Assembly: GCA_009839745.1 (NCBI GenBank)
Contig: VXPE01000108.1
Location: 8,121-72,120, forward strand
Reading direction: 5' to 3'
Length of the DNA stretch: 64,000 nt
Source: Candidatus Poribacteria bacterium
Lineage (GTDB): Bacteria > Poribacteria > WGA-4E > WGA-3G
Every line of letters begins with the position of its first letter. Positions within the stretch are counted from its first letter, which is position 1. This document shows, piece by piece, positions 46,602 through 56,102 of the stretch. A program made the position numbers and the translations under genes. Under the pieces are notes generated by a model. That model was given only the letters and a program-made list of their open reading frames with translations. It ran no database searches and was not told the DNA's origin.

Positions 46602-46964
46602 CTCGTTTCTCCTTTTAGAAATTATATGTACCCTAACCTAGCATCACGAAGACAACCGGCACATTCACGCGAACCGTGTCTCTCAAAAAACCAGTATAGG
46701 GAATAGAAATACGGGAAAATGAGAAAACTGAGCACTGTCAGCATTTTCAAAGGCAGAAATTTGGCAGCAAGCGTAGGCGGACATTGCACGCAATGCCCAA
46801 ATAGCAAGGATTGGGAAAAAGTAACTCTCATCAATCTCTTGTTGGAAGCCTCGTCACACTTACAATGAGCATGTTTCGGTTCCAAACCGTAAAACTGTCA
46901 AAACACTACTCGTAACTTTGCCAGCGGACACTATCCACATTTCCCTTAAACAAATTTACATAGA

Positions 46965-46993
46965 ATTATATCACAATTTATATTACTTGTCAA
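46965..46993 (-). promoter_or_regulatory. Consensus sigma-70 promoter TTGACA-N17-TATAAT upstream of the RRM gene
   Basis: The reverse complement reads TTGACAAGTAATATAAATTGTGATATAAT. It leaves a roughly 355-nt leader. Confidence 0.65.
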
Positions 46994-47018
46994 TATTAAT
47001 TTTATCTGTTGAATAATT

Positions 47019-49913
47019 TTATTTCGCGATCATCCAATTATCGCCGATTCCTGCCTCTGTCCGAAGCGGTACCCGAAGCGTCATCGCGTTCTCCATCTCT
47101 TGACAAACAATCGCGGCATATTCCACCGCGAGTGCCTCTGGCGTTTCAAGCACTAACTCATCATGAATCTGTAGAAGCATTTTTAAGGGAAGTTTGTCTC
47201 TATCAATGCGATGCTGCACTTGGACCATTGCTGCCTTCATTAAATCTGCAGCGGAACCTTGCACCACAGTATTGATTGCCAGCCGCTCCCCAAGGCTTCG
47301 CCGACTCCGGTTGGTCGCATAGATTTCAGGGATGGCGCGTCGCCTGCCCGTGAGCGTGCGAACATATCCATGATCCGATGCCTCCTGAACGCACTGCTGT
47401 AGAAAACGATCTATCCCCGGAAAACGCGTTTTGTAATCCTCTATCAGGGCAGCCGCCTCTTTCACACGCATCCCCTTAATCCGACGCGAGAGACCCGTTG
47501 GCGAAACCCCGTAAATGATACCGAAATTGATGGTCTTCGCCTTATCACGAAGTTCACGCGTAACCGAGGCAGCCGGCACCTCAAACACCTGCGAAGCGAC
47601 CGCTGTGTGGATGTCTAAATCTTGTGTAAACGTCTCGATTAAACTTTCATCTTCACTGAAATGTGCGAGAATGCGAAGTTCAATCTGTGAGTAATCTGCA
47701 CAGATTAACTTATGCCCTTCGGGTGCCCTAAAAGCGCGCCGCAATTGTCTGCCAATCTCCGTTCGGACAGGGATGTTCTGTAGATTCGGGTGGTCGGACT
47801 TCAAACGTCCTGTCGCTGTCGTTAGCTGATAGAGGTGTGTGTGGATACGCTCTGTTTTTGGGTCAACTGCATTCTGGAGTTGCGCCAGATATGTGCTCTG
47901 TAGCTTACGGAATTGGCGGTACTCAATTATTAAGCGCGGCACACTTGTCTTCGCATCGTTGATATCTTCTCTCAGTGAGAGTGCTTCTAACACCGTCACA
48001 TCAGTGGAGACTTTGCCACCCCGGGTCCGTTTCACAGGTTTGAAACCGAGTTCATCGAACAGCACCCGTGCCAGTTGTCTCGGTGAATCAATATTACACG
48101 GGTATCCAACGATTTCGTGAATCTCCTTTTGTCGAGCATCAACAAGTTCGCTAATCACAACGTTTTGGCGTTTGAGTTCCTCCTTATCGCAAACGATACC
48201 GTTATACTCCATTTCAGCGAGAATAGGGGCGAGCGGTGACTCTATATCACGCGCTAATGCTGTGATCCCCATCTCATCAAGTTTGGGCATCAGGAAATGA
48301 TAGAGGCGGAGGGTAACGTCAGCATCTTCTGCGGCGTAAATTGTGGCTTCTGCCAATGGCACTTCATCGATTGTTTTCTGCCGATCTGCCTCCGTTTCAA
48401 ACAGTTCACCTAAGTCCGTCGCTTGTAGGGGCGAGGTTGCCTCGCCCGTCCTATCTGAATCCGTCGTGAGTTCCTCAAACGAGATCATCTTGTGTTCTAA
48501 ATGGAGCAACGCCAGTGTATCAAGGTTGTGGGAGGGGATCTGTGCATCAACTAATTGACTCGCCAGCAGTGTATCAAAAGCAGCACCTTGGAGTTTAACC
48601 CCGTTCCTGATAAGAATGCTGGCATCAAACTTTAGATTATGTCCACATTTCGGGAGTGCTGGATTCTCTAAAATCGGCCGAAGTGCCGAAAGCACAGTGT
48701 TTGTATCCAGATGATCTTTGGGGTGCGGGGAACGCACGGGAACGTAAACACCTTGCTTCGGTTTCCATGAGAAACTCAATCCGCACAGCCTCGCGTCGCG
48801 TTCCAAGCCATCCGTTTCGGTATCAAAACTGATAATCTCCTGGGTTTCCGATAGTGTATCAACGAGATCTTGCAGTTGATCGAGCGTAACGATCGCCGAA
48901 TAGTCCCCCGTTTCAGCGGTCTCGTAATCGCCTTTGTCTAAAATGGCATCCGTTTTCTGTGCTAACGCCGCAACCCGTTCCTTGCGGGTCGTTGGTGTAG
49001 AAGGAACGGTGGACGTAGAATCACCCCCCGTAAGTTCCCGCACAACCTGCTCGTAGCGTTTGAGTTCTAACGCTTGGAAGAGGGGGAGGATCTTCTGGAG
49101 GTCAAGTGGTTTGACGCGTGCTTGTTCTATGGAGAAGTCCAAAGTCGCATCTCGCTTCAAGGTTACAAGCTCTCGTGAAAGATCGAGTTGTAAACGGGAC
49201 TTCTCCAAATTTTCGCGACGTTTCCCTCTAATCTGATCAATATTCTCAAAAATGCCTTCAATTGAGCCGTACTGCTGAATCAATTGCGATGCGGTTTTCA
49301 AGCCGATTTTCGCAACACCTGGGACATTGTCTGAAGTATCTCCCATTAAGGCAAGCGTATCCACAACTTGAGACGGTTTTATGCCTTTCGTCTCCAGCAG
49401 CGACCGTTCGTCGATAATCTTATCGTTATGGAGGTCAAGCATTGTAACCCGGTTGCCGATTAACAACTGTTCGAGGTCTTTGTCTTTAGAAATAATAGTG
49501 ACATTGACATCACTCGCCTCTGGATCGTTAAGGATTGCTTGTGTGACAGAGGCGATGATGTCGTCTGCCTCCAATTCAGGTTTACCGAGTGTCAAGATAC
49601 CAAATGCCTCAAGCAACTCCAGGATCCGATGAATTTGTGTCACCAGATCATCAGGTGCCGGAGAGCGATTCGCCTTGTAGTCCGAATAAAGTTCATTGCG
49701 AAACGTGTTCCCTGGTGTATCAATCGCAGCGACAACATATTTTGCCTGAAGTTGCGTCAAGATCCGAATAAGTGTGCCAGCGAACCCGAACACAGCATGG
49801 GTCGCCTCGCCAGTGACGCTGCTCGTCAATCCGCTACGAATCGCATAATAAGCCCGAAATATTTCGGCGTGCGTGTCGATAATATAGACAGTATCTTTTT
49901 GCTCGTTTTGCAT
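47019..49913 (-). CDS. polA: DNA polymerase I
   Basis: 964 aa. 5'-nuclease N-terminus, a 3'-5' exo block (FDTETDGL), polymerase motifs A (DYSQIELR) and B (RRxAKxxNFGxxYG), and QVHDE-like (LLQIHDELV). Confidence 0.95.
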   Translation of the reverse strand: MQNEQKDTVYIIDTHAEIFRAYYAIRSGLTSSVTGEATHAVFGFAGTLIRILTQLQAKYVVAAIDTPGNTFRNELYSDYKANRSPAPDDLVTQIHRILELLEAFGILTLGKPELEADDIIASVTQAILNDPEASDVNVTIISKDKDLEQLLIGNRVTMLDLHNDKIIDERSLLETKGIKPSQVVDTLALMGDTSDNVPGVAKIGLKTASQLIQQYGSIEGIFENIDQIRGKRRENLEKSRLQLDLSRELVTLKRDATLDFSIEQARVKPLDLQKILPLFQALELKRYEQVVRELTGGDSTSTVPSTPTTRKERVAALAQKTDAILDKGDYETAETGDYSAIVTLDQLQDLVDTLSETQEIISFDTETDGLERDARLCGLSFSWKPKQGVYVPVRSPHPKDHLDTNTVLSALRPILENPALPKCGHNLKFDASILIRNGVKLQGAAFDTLLASQLVDAQIPSHNLDTLALLHLEHKMISFEELTTDSDRTGEATSPLQATDLGELFETEADRQKTIDEVPLAEATIYAAEDADVTLRLYHFLMPKLDEMGITALARDIESPLAPILAEMEYNGIVCDKEELKRQNVVISELVDARQKEIHEIVGYPCNIDSPRQLARVLFDELGFKPVKRTRGGKVSTDVTVLEALSLREDINDAKTSVPRLIIEYRQFRKLQSTYLAQLQNAVDPKTERIHTHLYQLTTATGRLKSDHPNLQNIPVRTEIGRQLRRAFRAPEGHKLICADYSQIELRILAHFSEDESLIETFTQDLDIHTAVASQVFEVPAASVTRELRDKAKTINFGIIYGVSPTGLSRRIKGMRVKEAAALIEDYKTRFPGIDRFLQQCVQEASDHGYVRTLTGRRRAIPEIYATNRSRRSLGERLAINTVVQGSAADLMKAAMVQVQHRIDRDKLPLKMLLQIHDELVLETPEALAVEYAAIVCQEMENAMTLRVPLRTEAGIGDNWMIAK

Positions 49914-49931
49914 GATTCCTATACCTGCCTC

Positions 49932-51002
49932 CTAATCGGGGAAATGCCATTGACGTAAGGAGTCTGATGCTGACAAACCCGCCTCTTGTCCGAGCGCGAA
50001 CGCAGTCGCAATCAGATTTCGCTCACCAGATATGATGTCACCCGCCGCGAAGAGTCCGGGAATCGTCTCTCCGCTGCTGTCCAACATTTGCATATCCTCG
50101 TTTGCGATAATCAACCCTTCTTCGTCCTTTTGATAGTCCCATCCCTCAAGAAACTTCGTATTCGGGATGAGTCCTTCATCAACGAGGAAACCGTGGAAAA
50201 ATAATTCGCTCCCATCAACCATCTCAAATCCTAAAAGGTCGGTTTTTTCACCGATATGCCGTTTAATCTTTGTTTCAATGATATTAATTTTACGGGCTTT
50301 CACCTGCTCTAACACAGGTGGAGACATCCCGTGGGGTCTACCGTTTGTGAGAATTGTAATTTTATCCGTAAAATCTTGTGCCCCAATCGCTGCCTCGTAG
50401 ATATAGTCGCCAACGCCGAGGAGTGCAAGATGTTCGTTGACATGGAGATGTCCATCACAACGGATGCAGACATGCCACCCTTTTCGATTGCCGGCATAGC
50501 GAAATACCGTCGCATACTGCTTATATAAACGCTCCGCATCGGGGTCAAATTCAATATCGGGCCACTTATCATCAAACCCAGCGGCAACGACGATAGTGCG
50601 AGATTTAAAAGATACCATTTCCATGAATGTATTTTTTTTCAGTGTTTTTGTAGATGCTTCGAGTTCAAATAGGTCGCCGTTCCGTGTGAGTTTCGCAACC
50701 ATGCCGTCGCGTATATCAATACCTGTCTTGCGTTTCTCTGAACCCAGCATGAAATCGACGACGGGGCGGCTTTCCATCCATTTCATGAGTTCTTTCGCAA
50801 AGTGAGGTCCAATGATACCCGGAAAAACCGGCGCATCTTCAATTTCTACGGACTTTGACCAGTAAGCGCGACCCCGACTAAAACTCACCTTTCCTGAATG
50901 CAGCACTAAAACGTGCCGCATCTGATGGCTCGCTGAAACCGCTGCTTGCGCGCCCGCAGGTCCCGCGCCAATCACTGCAACGTCGTAAATTGTTTCTTGC
51001 AC
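49932..51002 (-). CDS. Thioredoxin-reductase-like FAD/NAD(P) pyridine nucleotide-disulfide oxidoreductase
   Basis: DVAVIGAGPAGAQAA, a CIRCDG redox motif and GDI near the C-terminus. Confidence 0.7.
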   Translation of the reverse strand: MQETIYDVAVIGAGPAGAQAAVSASHQMRHVLVLHSGKVSFSRGRAYWSKSVEIEDAPVFPGIIGPHFAKELMKWMESRPVVDFMLGSEKRKTGIDIRDGMVAKLTRNGDLFELEASTKTLKKNTFMEMVSFKSRTIVVAAGFDDKWPDIEFDPDAERLYKQYATVFRYAGNRKGWHVCIRCDGHLHVNEHLALLGVGDYIYEAAIGAQDFTDKITILTNGRPHGMSPPVLEQVKARKINIIETKIKRHIGEKTDLLGFEMVDGSELFFHGFLVDEGLIPNTKFLEGWDYQKDEEGLIIANEDMQMLDSSGETIPGLFAAGDIISGERNLIATAFALGQEAGLSASDSLRQWHFPD

Positions 51003-51248
51003 GGTTTTTCTCCTTTTTTAATTTCGCATTTAGTAGATTGGGGATCGCTTAAATTTCATTTCACATAATATTTCATAAGCAATATTAAGCAACAAGTTTC
51101 AGATTTTGAGGAAGGGTGGAAGCACAGGAAGACTGGAAGAAACACCGTATCCGCTATCTTCCAACCTTCCAACACAATTGAGAATGCAAAACTTCAATGT
51201 TAATACTCAAACTTGCTTAATGGGTGATTTTAAATCAGGAAATAAGAC

Positions 51249-51635
51249 TTAATCAATCCCTCCTTTTTCCTCATCATGATTCTCTCCATTTAATCTTTCT
51301 CTTATAGTTTCCCCTATCTTCTTTACTGATGATTTAGTGAGATATGCTACAACACCAAAATATACACCTAAGACAAACCCTGAAAATGCTGCAATCCCAA
51401 ATAAATACTTTACTATTTCTAATTCTGGCTTAAAATCAGAAGTTAGTAAAGCAATCGTGAATGCCACTCCTAAAGTAATCAATGAACTTGACAAACTAAT
51501 CTGTATGGTTGAAATTCCGCCTCGTTCGAGGGATTCCAGTTCATCTTCTCTAACTTCATATAACACAACAGCATCAACTTTGCCCCTTCTTACCCTAATA
51601 TTTTCATCGCTTGCTGGTGATCGAAAATCATTCAT
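51249..51635 (-). CDS. Two-TM membrane protein with a short cytosolic N-domain and a charged C-tail (hypothetical)
   Basis: Two hydrophobic helices (ISTIQISLSSSLITLGVAFTIALL; YLFGIAAFSGFVLGVYFGVVAYL). The start lies 1 nt after the upstream stop. AT-rich. Confidence 0.5.
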   Translation of the reverse strand: MNDFRSPASDENIRVRRGKVDAVVLYEVREDELESLERGGISTIQISLSSSLITLGVAFTIALLTSDFKPELEIVKYLFGIAAFSGFVLGVYFGVVAYLTKSSVKKIGETIRERLNGENHDEEKGGID

Positions 51636-51636
51636 C

Positions 51637-51906
51637 TTATAGATATTCCTTTAACCATTCATTATTTTTTTCACCGTATGAGTTTAGCCACGCAGAATAG
51701 GTTCCAGAACGTATAACAAATATACTATCTATATCATCGATCACCTGATGTAGATCATCTCGTATCTTGGCAGGTGTTTCATCCGAGATAATTGCCCAGC
51801 AATTCTCGTGAATAGGACAGTAATTCTTATACGCTGCAAGTTTATGCTTAAGTGCAATTTTCTTATCATCATCTTTTACATGGAAAGTAATGATGTAAGT
51901 TGTCAT
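51637..51906 (-). CDS. 89-aa alpha/beta (ferredoxin-like pattern) hypothetical protein
   Basis: Alternating strand/helix pattern YIITFHV / KKIALKHKLAAY / CWAIISD / AKIRDDLHQVI / IFVIRS. No motif recognised. Confidence 0.45.
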   Translation of the reverse strand: MTTYIITFHVKDDDKKIALKHKLAAYKNYCPIHENCWAIISDETPAKIRDDLHQVIDDIDSIFVIRSGTYSAWLNSYGEKNNEWLKEYL

Positions 51907-51931
51907 CTATTTGTCCTCACTCATTTACAGT

Positions 51932-52285
51932 TCAAATTTTATTGAGCCTTGAAATCAGATATTCTTGTCCACGGTCGCCTTTAACTCTGTTACAATGACC
52001 ACAAAGCAGTTGCAGGTTTTCAATATGATCCGTTCCGCCACTGGTTTCAGCAATGATATGGTCAACCTCCAAATGTCGCATCTGAAAATGCTCACCGCAC
52101 CCATTACAATATCCCTCCTGTTCTCCATATAACTCTTTCTTGTTTTCGGGTGCATTGTATCGCGGAATATCGCCCAAATCCGTGCGTTTCGGAATATCCG
52201 TGCGTGCAATAATTTCCTGAAACAATCCCTGATCTGCTTCGATACGTTCAACAACCAAGTAAATTAAAACCCGTACTTTTTCCAT
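51932..52285 (-). CDS. HNH endonuclease
   Basis: CNGCGEHF...LEVDHIIAETSGGTDHIENLQLLCGHCNRVKG (CxxC...DH...N...CxxC HNH core). The start overlaps the ubiD stop by 22 nt. Confidence 0.8.
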   Translation of the reverse strand: MEKVRVLIYLVVERIEADQGLFQEIIARTDIPKRTDLGDIPRYNAPENKKELYGEQEGYCNGCGEHFQMRHLEVDHIIAETSGGTDHIENLQLLCGHCNRVKGDRGQEYLISRLNKI

Positions 52286-53709
52286 TTTTCATCGACTAAC
52301 GCTATCACCTCGTCAGACATTTGGATCTCCTGGGGCCACTCGCGTTCATACCCCTCCTCCGCCCATTTCGTTGTCGCATCGATACCCATCTTCGATCCCG
52401 CACCCATCAATGGTGCCGCGTGGTCCAGCACATCAACAGGACCTTCGACAATCGTCACATCTCTTTTCGGATCGACATTACTGCCGACATAGAATAGCAC
52501 CTCTTCAAGGTTTTGGACATCGACCTCTTTATCAACGACGATGATAATTTTGCTGAACATTAACTGCCCGAGTCCCCACAAGCTGTGCATAATCTTCTTT
52601 GCGTGGTAGGGGTAGCGTTTGTCAATAGAGATCAGCGCAAAATTGTGGAATACACCAAATAAGGGGAGATTCATATCGACGAGTTCTGGCAACTGCGTCT
52701 TAATCAACGGCATAAAGATCCGCTCAGTCGCCTTACCCATGTAGCAATCCTCCATCGGCGGTTTACCGACGATGATCGTCTGATAGATCGGATTTTTCCG
52801 ATGTGTAATCGCTGTGATATGAAGGAGCGGGTACTCATCTGCCAAGGAATAGAACCCGGTATGATCCCCGAAGGGACCTTCTATACAGGTTTCATTTGGC
52901 GCAATGTATCCTTCAATCACGATGTCCGCGTCTGCAGGCACGAGCATATCAATCGTCTTGGCGGGTACCATCTCCACATTCGCTTTTCGCAGAAACCCCG
53001 CGAAGAGGAGTTCATCAATCCCAGATGGAAGGGGTGCCGTGCCGATATAAGACATCACGGGATCCCCACCGAGGGCAATTGCAACAGGCATCTGTCGTTC
53101 TGCTTGTTGATACTCGCGATGATGCGCAGCACCATCGTGATGAATTTGCCAGTGCATCGCTAAAGCGTCCGACGTTATTTTCTGTAAACGATATGTGCCA
53201 ACGTTCCGTTGACCCGTTTTAAGGCTATGCGTGAAAACCTGGGGCAAGGTGATGTATCTATCGGCATCAAGGGGCCAACATTTTATGAGCGGCAACACAT
53301 CTAAGGAGGCATCCTCACCCGTCCGGACGACTTCTTGACATGCACCTTTCTTCACCGTTTTCGGCGGAAAGTTCGTCAATTGCGACAGCAGTCGGAGAAT
53401 TTTTATCTTATCGAGGAGGGAATCCGGGGGTCCCAATTTAATCATACTCTCAATTTCCGACGCGATTTGCCCAAGATCGTCAACGCCAAGTGCCATCGCC
53501 ATCCGTTGATAAGAGCCGTAAGTATTGATGAGGAGCGGCATCCGGCTGCCTTCTACCTTTTCAAAGAGAAGCGCAGGACCGCCTGCTTTACTCACCCGAT
53601 CGGTAATCTCAGCGATTTCCAAGTCCGGTGATACAGTTGTTTTAATGCGTTTGAGTTCGCCTGCTCGATCCAAGGCTTTGACGAACTCTGCGAGACTGTT
53701 GTATGCCAT
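52264..53709 (-). CDS. UbiD family decarboxylase (menaquinone/ubiquinone biosynthesis type)
   Basis: Start at MAYNSLAEFVKALD after AAAGGA. Typical UbiD blocks LLFEKVEG, GTYR.Q and HHDGA. Confidence 0.8.
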   Translation of the reverse strand: MAYNSLAEFVKALDRAGELKRIKTTVSPDLEIAEITDRVSKAGGPALLFEKVEGSRMPLLINTYGSYQRMAMALGVDDLGQIASEIESMIKLGPPDSLLDKIKILRLLSQLTNFPPKTVKKGACQEVVRTGEDASLDVLPLIKCWPLDADRYITLPQVFTHSLKTGQRNVGTYRLQKITSDALAMHWQIHHDGAAHHREYQQAERQMPVAIALGGDPVMSYIGTAPLPSGIDELLFAGFLRKANVEMVPAKTIDMLVPADADIVIEGYIAPNETCIEGPFGDHTGFYSLADEYPLLHITAITHRKNPIYQTIIVGKPPMEDCYMGKATERIFMPLIKTQLPELVDMNLPLFGVFHNFALISIDKRYPYHAKKIMHSLWGLGQLMFSKIIIVVDKEVDVQNLEEVLFYVGSNVDPKRDVTIVEGPVDVLDHAAPLMGAGSKMGIDATTKWAEEGYEREWPQEIQMSDEVIALVDEKWKKYGF

Positions 53710-53729
53710 GTGAATCCTTTCATGATACA

Positions 53730-54047
53730 CTATTGTTTTGTATGTCTCTCAATTGGATCCCATTGTGTTTTTATTTTAACCCACGAATCCCATTTATAGT
53801 TTTGTGCAATGGACATAGCAAACGTTTTTGCAGCGTCCTCAAGGGGTTTCACATCTTCCAGTTTTAAATCGGTATAATATCTAATGCGTAATATAATAGT
53901 TTTTCCATCTTCCCCAGGGACGTATGCATAATCAACATTATCACTATGCATTGAGTTCACGTGTTGGATAAGTGAATTTAGCATTACTACCAGCCACTCT
54001 AAACGTGACGGTGTATAATCCTCAAATCCTGGTGCTTTTTCAGACAT
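53730..54047 (-). CDS. Hypothetical 105-aa protein
   Basis: Good ORF with AAGGAGA upstream, in the AT-rich segment. No motif recognised. Confidence 0.4.
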   Translation of the reverse strand: MSEKAPGFEDYTPSRLEWLVVMLNSLIQHVNSMHSDNVDYAYVPGEDGKTIILRIRYYTDLKLEDVKPLEDAAKTFAMSIAQNYKWDSWVKIKTQWDPIERHTKQ

Positions 54048-54066
54048 CGTTAATCTCCTTTTCTAA

Positions 54067-54441
54067 CTATAGAAATTTGACAATTAAGGTAACGATGATG
54101 CCTACAAAAGAAACGACAGCAGGAACAAGAATACCTATGAAAGTTTTTAAGCTTGATAACTGATCCTTGAAGTCACCTCTAACCTTCTGAATGTCATCTT
54201 TTAGGTCTGTCTTAACTCCCTGTATATCGCCTTTGATATCTTCCTTAACATCTTTGATGTTATCCTTGAGGTCAGTCTTGACTTCGCGAATGTCTTTCTC
54301 AAGGTCAGTTTTAACTTCTTTCACACGTTCCTCTAAGTGGGATCTTACTTCAGATAACTCTCTACTATACTGTTGCTCTTTTTGAGTTAGATAGTTTCCA
54401 AGCCCCGCAGTTATATCCTCACCCAATCTCGTGTTTTCCAT
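54067..54441 (-). CDS. Tail-anchored coiled-coil protein with 11-residue repeats (DUF1640-like?)
   Basis: Start at MENTRLG after AGGAGA. Repeats EVKTDLEKDIR / EVKTDLKDNIK / DVKEDIKGDIQ / GVKTDLKDDIQ. C-terminal TM FIGILVPAVVSFVGIIVTLIV. Confidence 0.55.
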   Translation of the reverse strand: MENTRLGEDITAGLGNYLTQKEQQYSRELSEVRSHLEERVKEVKTDLEKDIREVKTDLKDNIKDVKEDIKGDIQGVKTDLKDDIQKVRGDFKDQLSSLKTFIGILVPAVVSFVGIIVTLIVKFL

Positions 54442-54519
54442 AAGTTTCTCCTGTGAAATAGCGTTTTGTAGCGAATGTCCCAAGTGGGTAATTATGAGTA
54501 TCACAATTTTAGGAGATAG

Positions 54520-56067
54520 TTATTCTACCGCCAATTTACCAGAAATCTGTTTTAACCCCTGCTGATAGTTCCGGTTTTCTGGGTCAAGTTCTAGTGCTTT
54601 TCGGATAGATTTCTCTGCTTGTGGATAGTCGCCGCGCCGAAAATCAATGATTGCGAGGGTGTTGTAATAACTCGCGACGTTCGGATCCAAGCGGATGGCT
54701 TCTTGAGCATAACGCCGCGCCGCTTCTAAATCGGTTTTCGCTTGACGCGCATAACAGATACCCAAGTTATGGTGTATCTCAGCAGTGTCAGGGGCTAATG
54801 CCGCGCTCGCCTTATATGTATCAATCGCTTCCGCATAACGCTTCTGTTTCAACAAGATTGTTCCAATCTTTAGATGTGCCTCTAAAAGTTGGGGTGCCAG
54901 CGCGGCTGCACGTCGATAATGTTCCAGGGCGGATTCCATTTCATTCTGACTGAAATATGCCAGACCGAGTCCCGCGTGTGCCTTGGCGAAATTCGGTTGG
55001 AGTGCCAACGCTTTCCGCTGGGCAGTAATGGCTCCCGAGTGTTTTCCAAGCATCGTATAAGCAATACCCAAACCGTTATGAGCTGGCACAAGTTCGGGGT
55101 TCATTCCGAGTGCTTTTTGATATTCCCAGACCGCTTTCTCATAAAATCCGTTTTTGAGGTAGAGCCGCGCGATATTGGCGAGAATCTGGGCGCGTTCCGC
55201 TGTCCCTTGTGTCCGCTGCAACGCGCCTCGTAGCTGATGTAGAGGGGTCAGGGTCGCTTTGCGTTCTTCAAACAGTGCCATCTGTTCACGCGCTGCGGAC
55301 GGATTTCCAGCGCGAAGGGATGCCTGCGCGAGATTATAGAGTGCCTCAACTAACATCTCGTCGTGTGCATACGCTGTTTGGTATGATGCGATTGCGTCAG
55401 TCCACCGCTTTTCTTGGGCGTAGAGCAGTCCTAACTGATAGTGCGCTGCTGCGAATTCCGGTGCGATGGCAATTGCGCGTTGTTGATGCTGCATCGCGGC
55501 GGAACGTTCACCGCGTTTGCTGTAGACATTCCCGAGTTGATGATGAATCATTTCATCGTTCGGATCCAAAGCAATTGCCACTTTGTAAGCATCGAGGGCT
55601 TCGGTGTAACGGTGCATGTTCACATAAGCACTCGCCAGAGCCGCATGGGTATATGCCCAATCGGGAACGGAGGCAATCGCACGCCGATATGCAGCGACGG
55701 CATCTTCAAATTTCTCAAGTCCGGTGTATCCCAATCCCAATCCATAGTAAGCAGTGGCAATATCCGCATTGTGCCCAGTCCTCGCGCTGTTGGAAACTGG
55801 ATTCACTTCCATCAACCCAATTATTCGACGATACTCGTCAACTGCTTCCGTGTAAGCCTCAATTTGGAGGTAAACCTTCGCGAGTTGCAATCGAGTCTCA
55901 ATCCGTGTGCCATCAACCGCCAATTCTGCTTTGTAAGCGCGAATCTGTGCTGTGATGTCCGCAGCAGTCGTTTCTTGACAGAACCCGACTGAGATGTGAT
56001 GGAAAGCAAGGTGGCACGCGACGAGTGCCATCAATACAACTGGGGAATAGGAAAGTTTCCGGGCCAC
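54520..56067 (-). CDS. TPR repeat protein with an N-terminal signal/anchor
   Basis: 515 aa of tandem 34-residue A..YY.LG..Y...G....A...Y..AL.L.P repeats. Confidence 0.85.
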   Translation of the reverse strand: MARKLSYSPVVLMALVACHLAFHHISVGFCQETTAADITAQIRAYKAELAVDGTRIETRLQLAKVYLQIEAYTEAVDEYRRIIGLMEVNPVSNSARTGHNADIATAYYGLGLGYTGLEKFEDAVAAYRRAIASVPDWAYTHAALASAYVNMHRYTEALDAYKVAIALDPNDEMIHHQLGNVYSKRGERSAAMQHQQRAIAIAPEFAAAHYQLGLLYAQEKRWTDAIASYQTAYAHDEMLVEALYNLAQASLRAGNPSAAREQMALFEERKATLTPLHQLRGALQRTQGTAERAQILANIARLYLKNGFYEKAVWEYQKALGMNPELVPAHNGLGIAYTMLGKHSGAITAQRKALALQPNFAKAHAGLGLAYFSQNEMESALEHYRRAAALAPQLLEAHLKIGTILLKQKRYAEAIDTYKASAALAPDTAEIHHNLGICYARQAKTDLEAARRYAQEAIRLDPNVASYYNTLAIIDFRRGDYPQAEKSIRKALELDPENRNYQQGLKQISGKLAVE

Positions 56068-56102
56068 TTACTGCCATCCCAGTGGTGCGATGGAGACACC
56101 AC

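Noticed and set aside
55209-55955. 248-aa and 183-aa plus-strand ORFs
   Set aside because: They lie antisense or out of frame to the clearly periodic TPR repeat gene. Their Arg/Cys/His-rich composition is typical of shadow frames.
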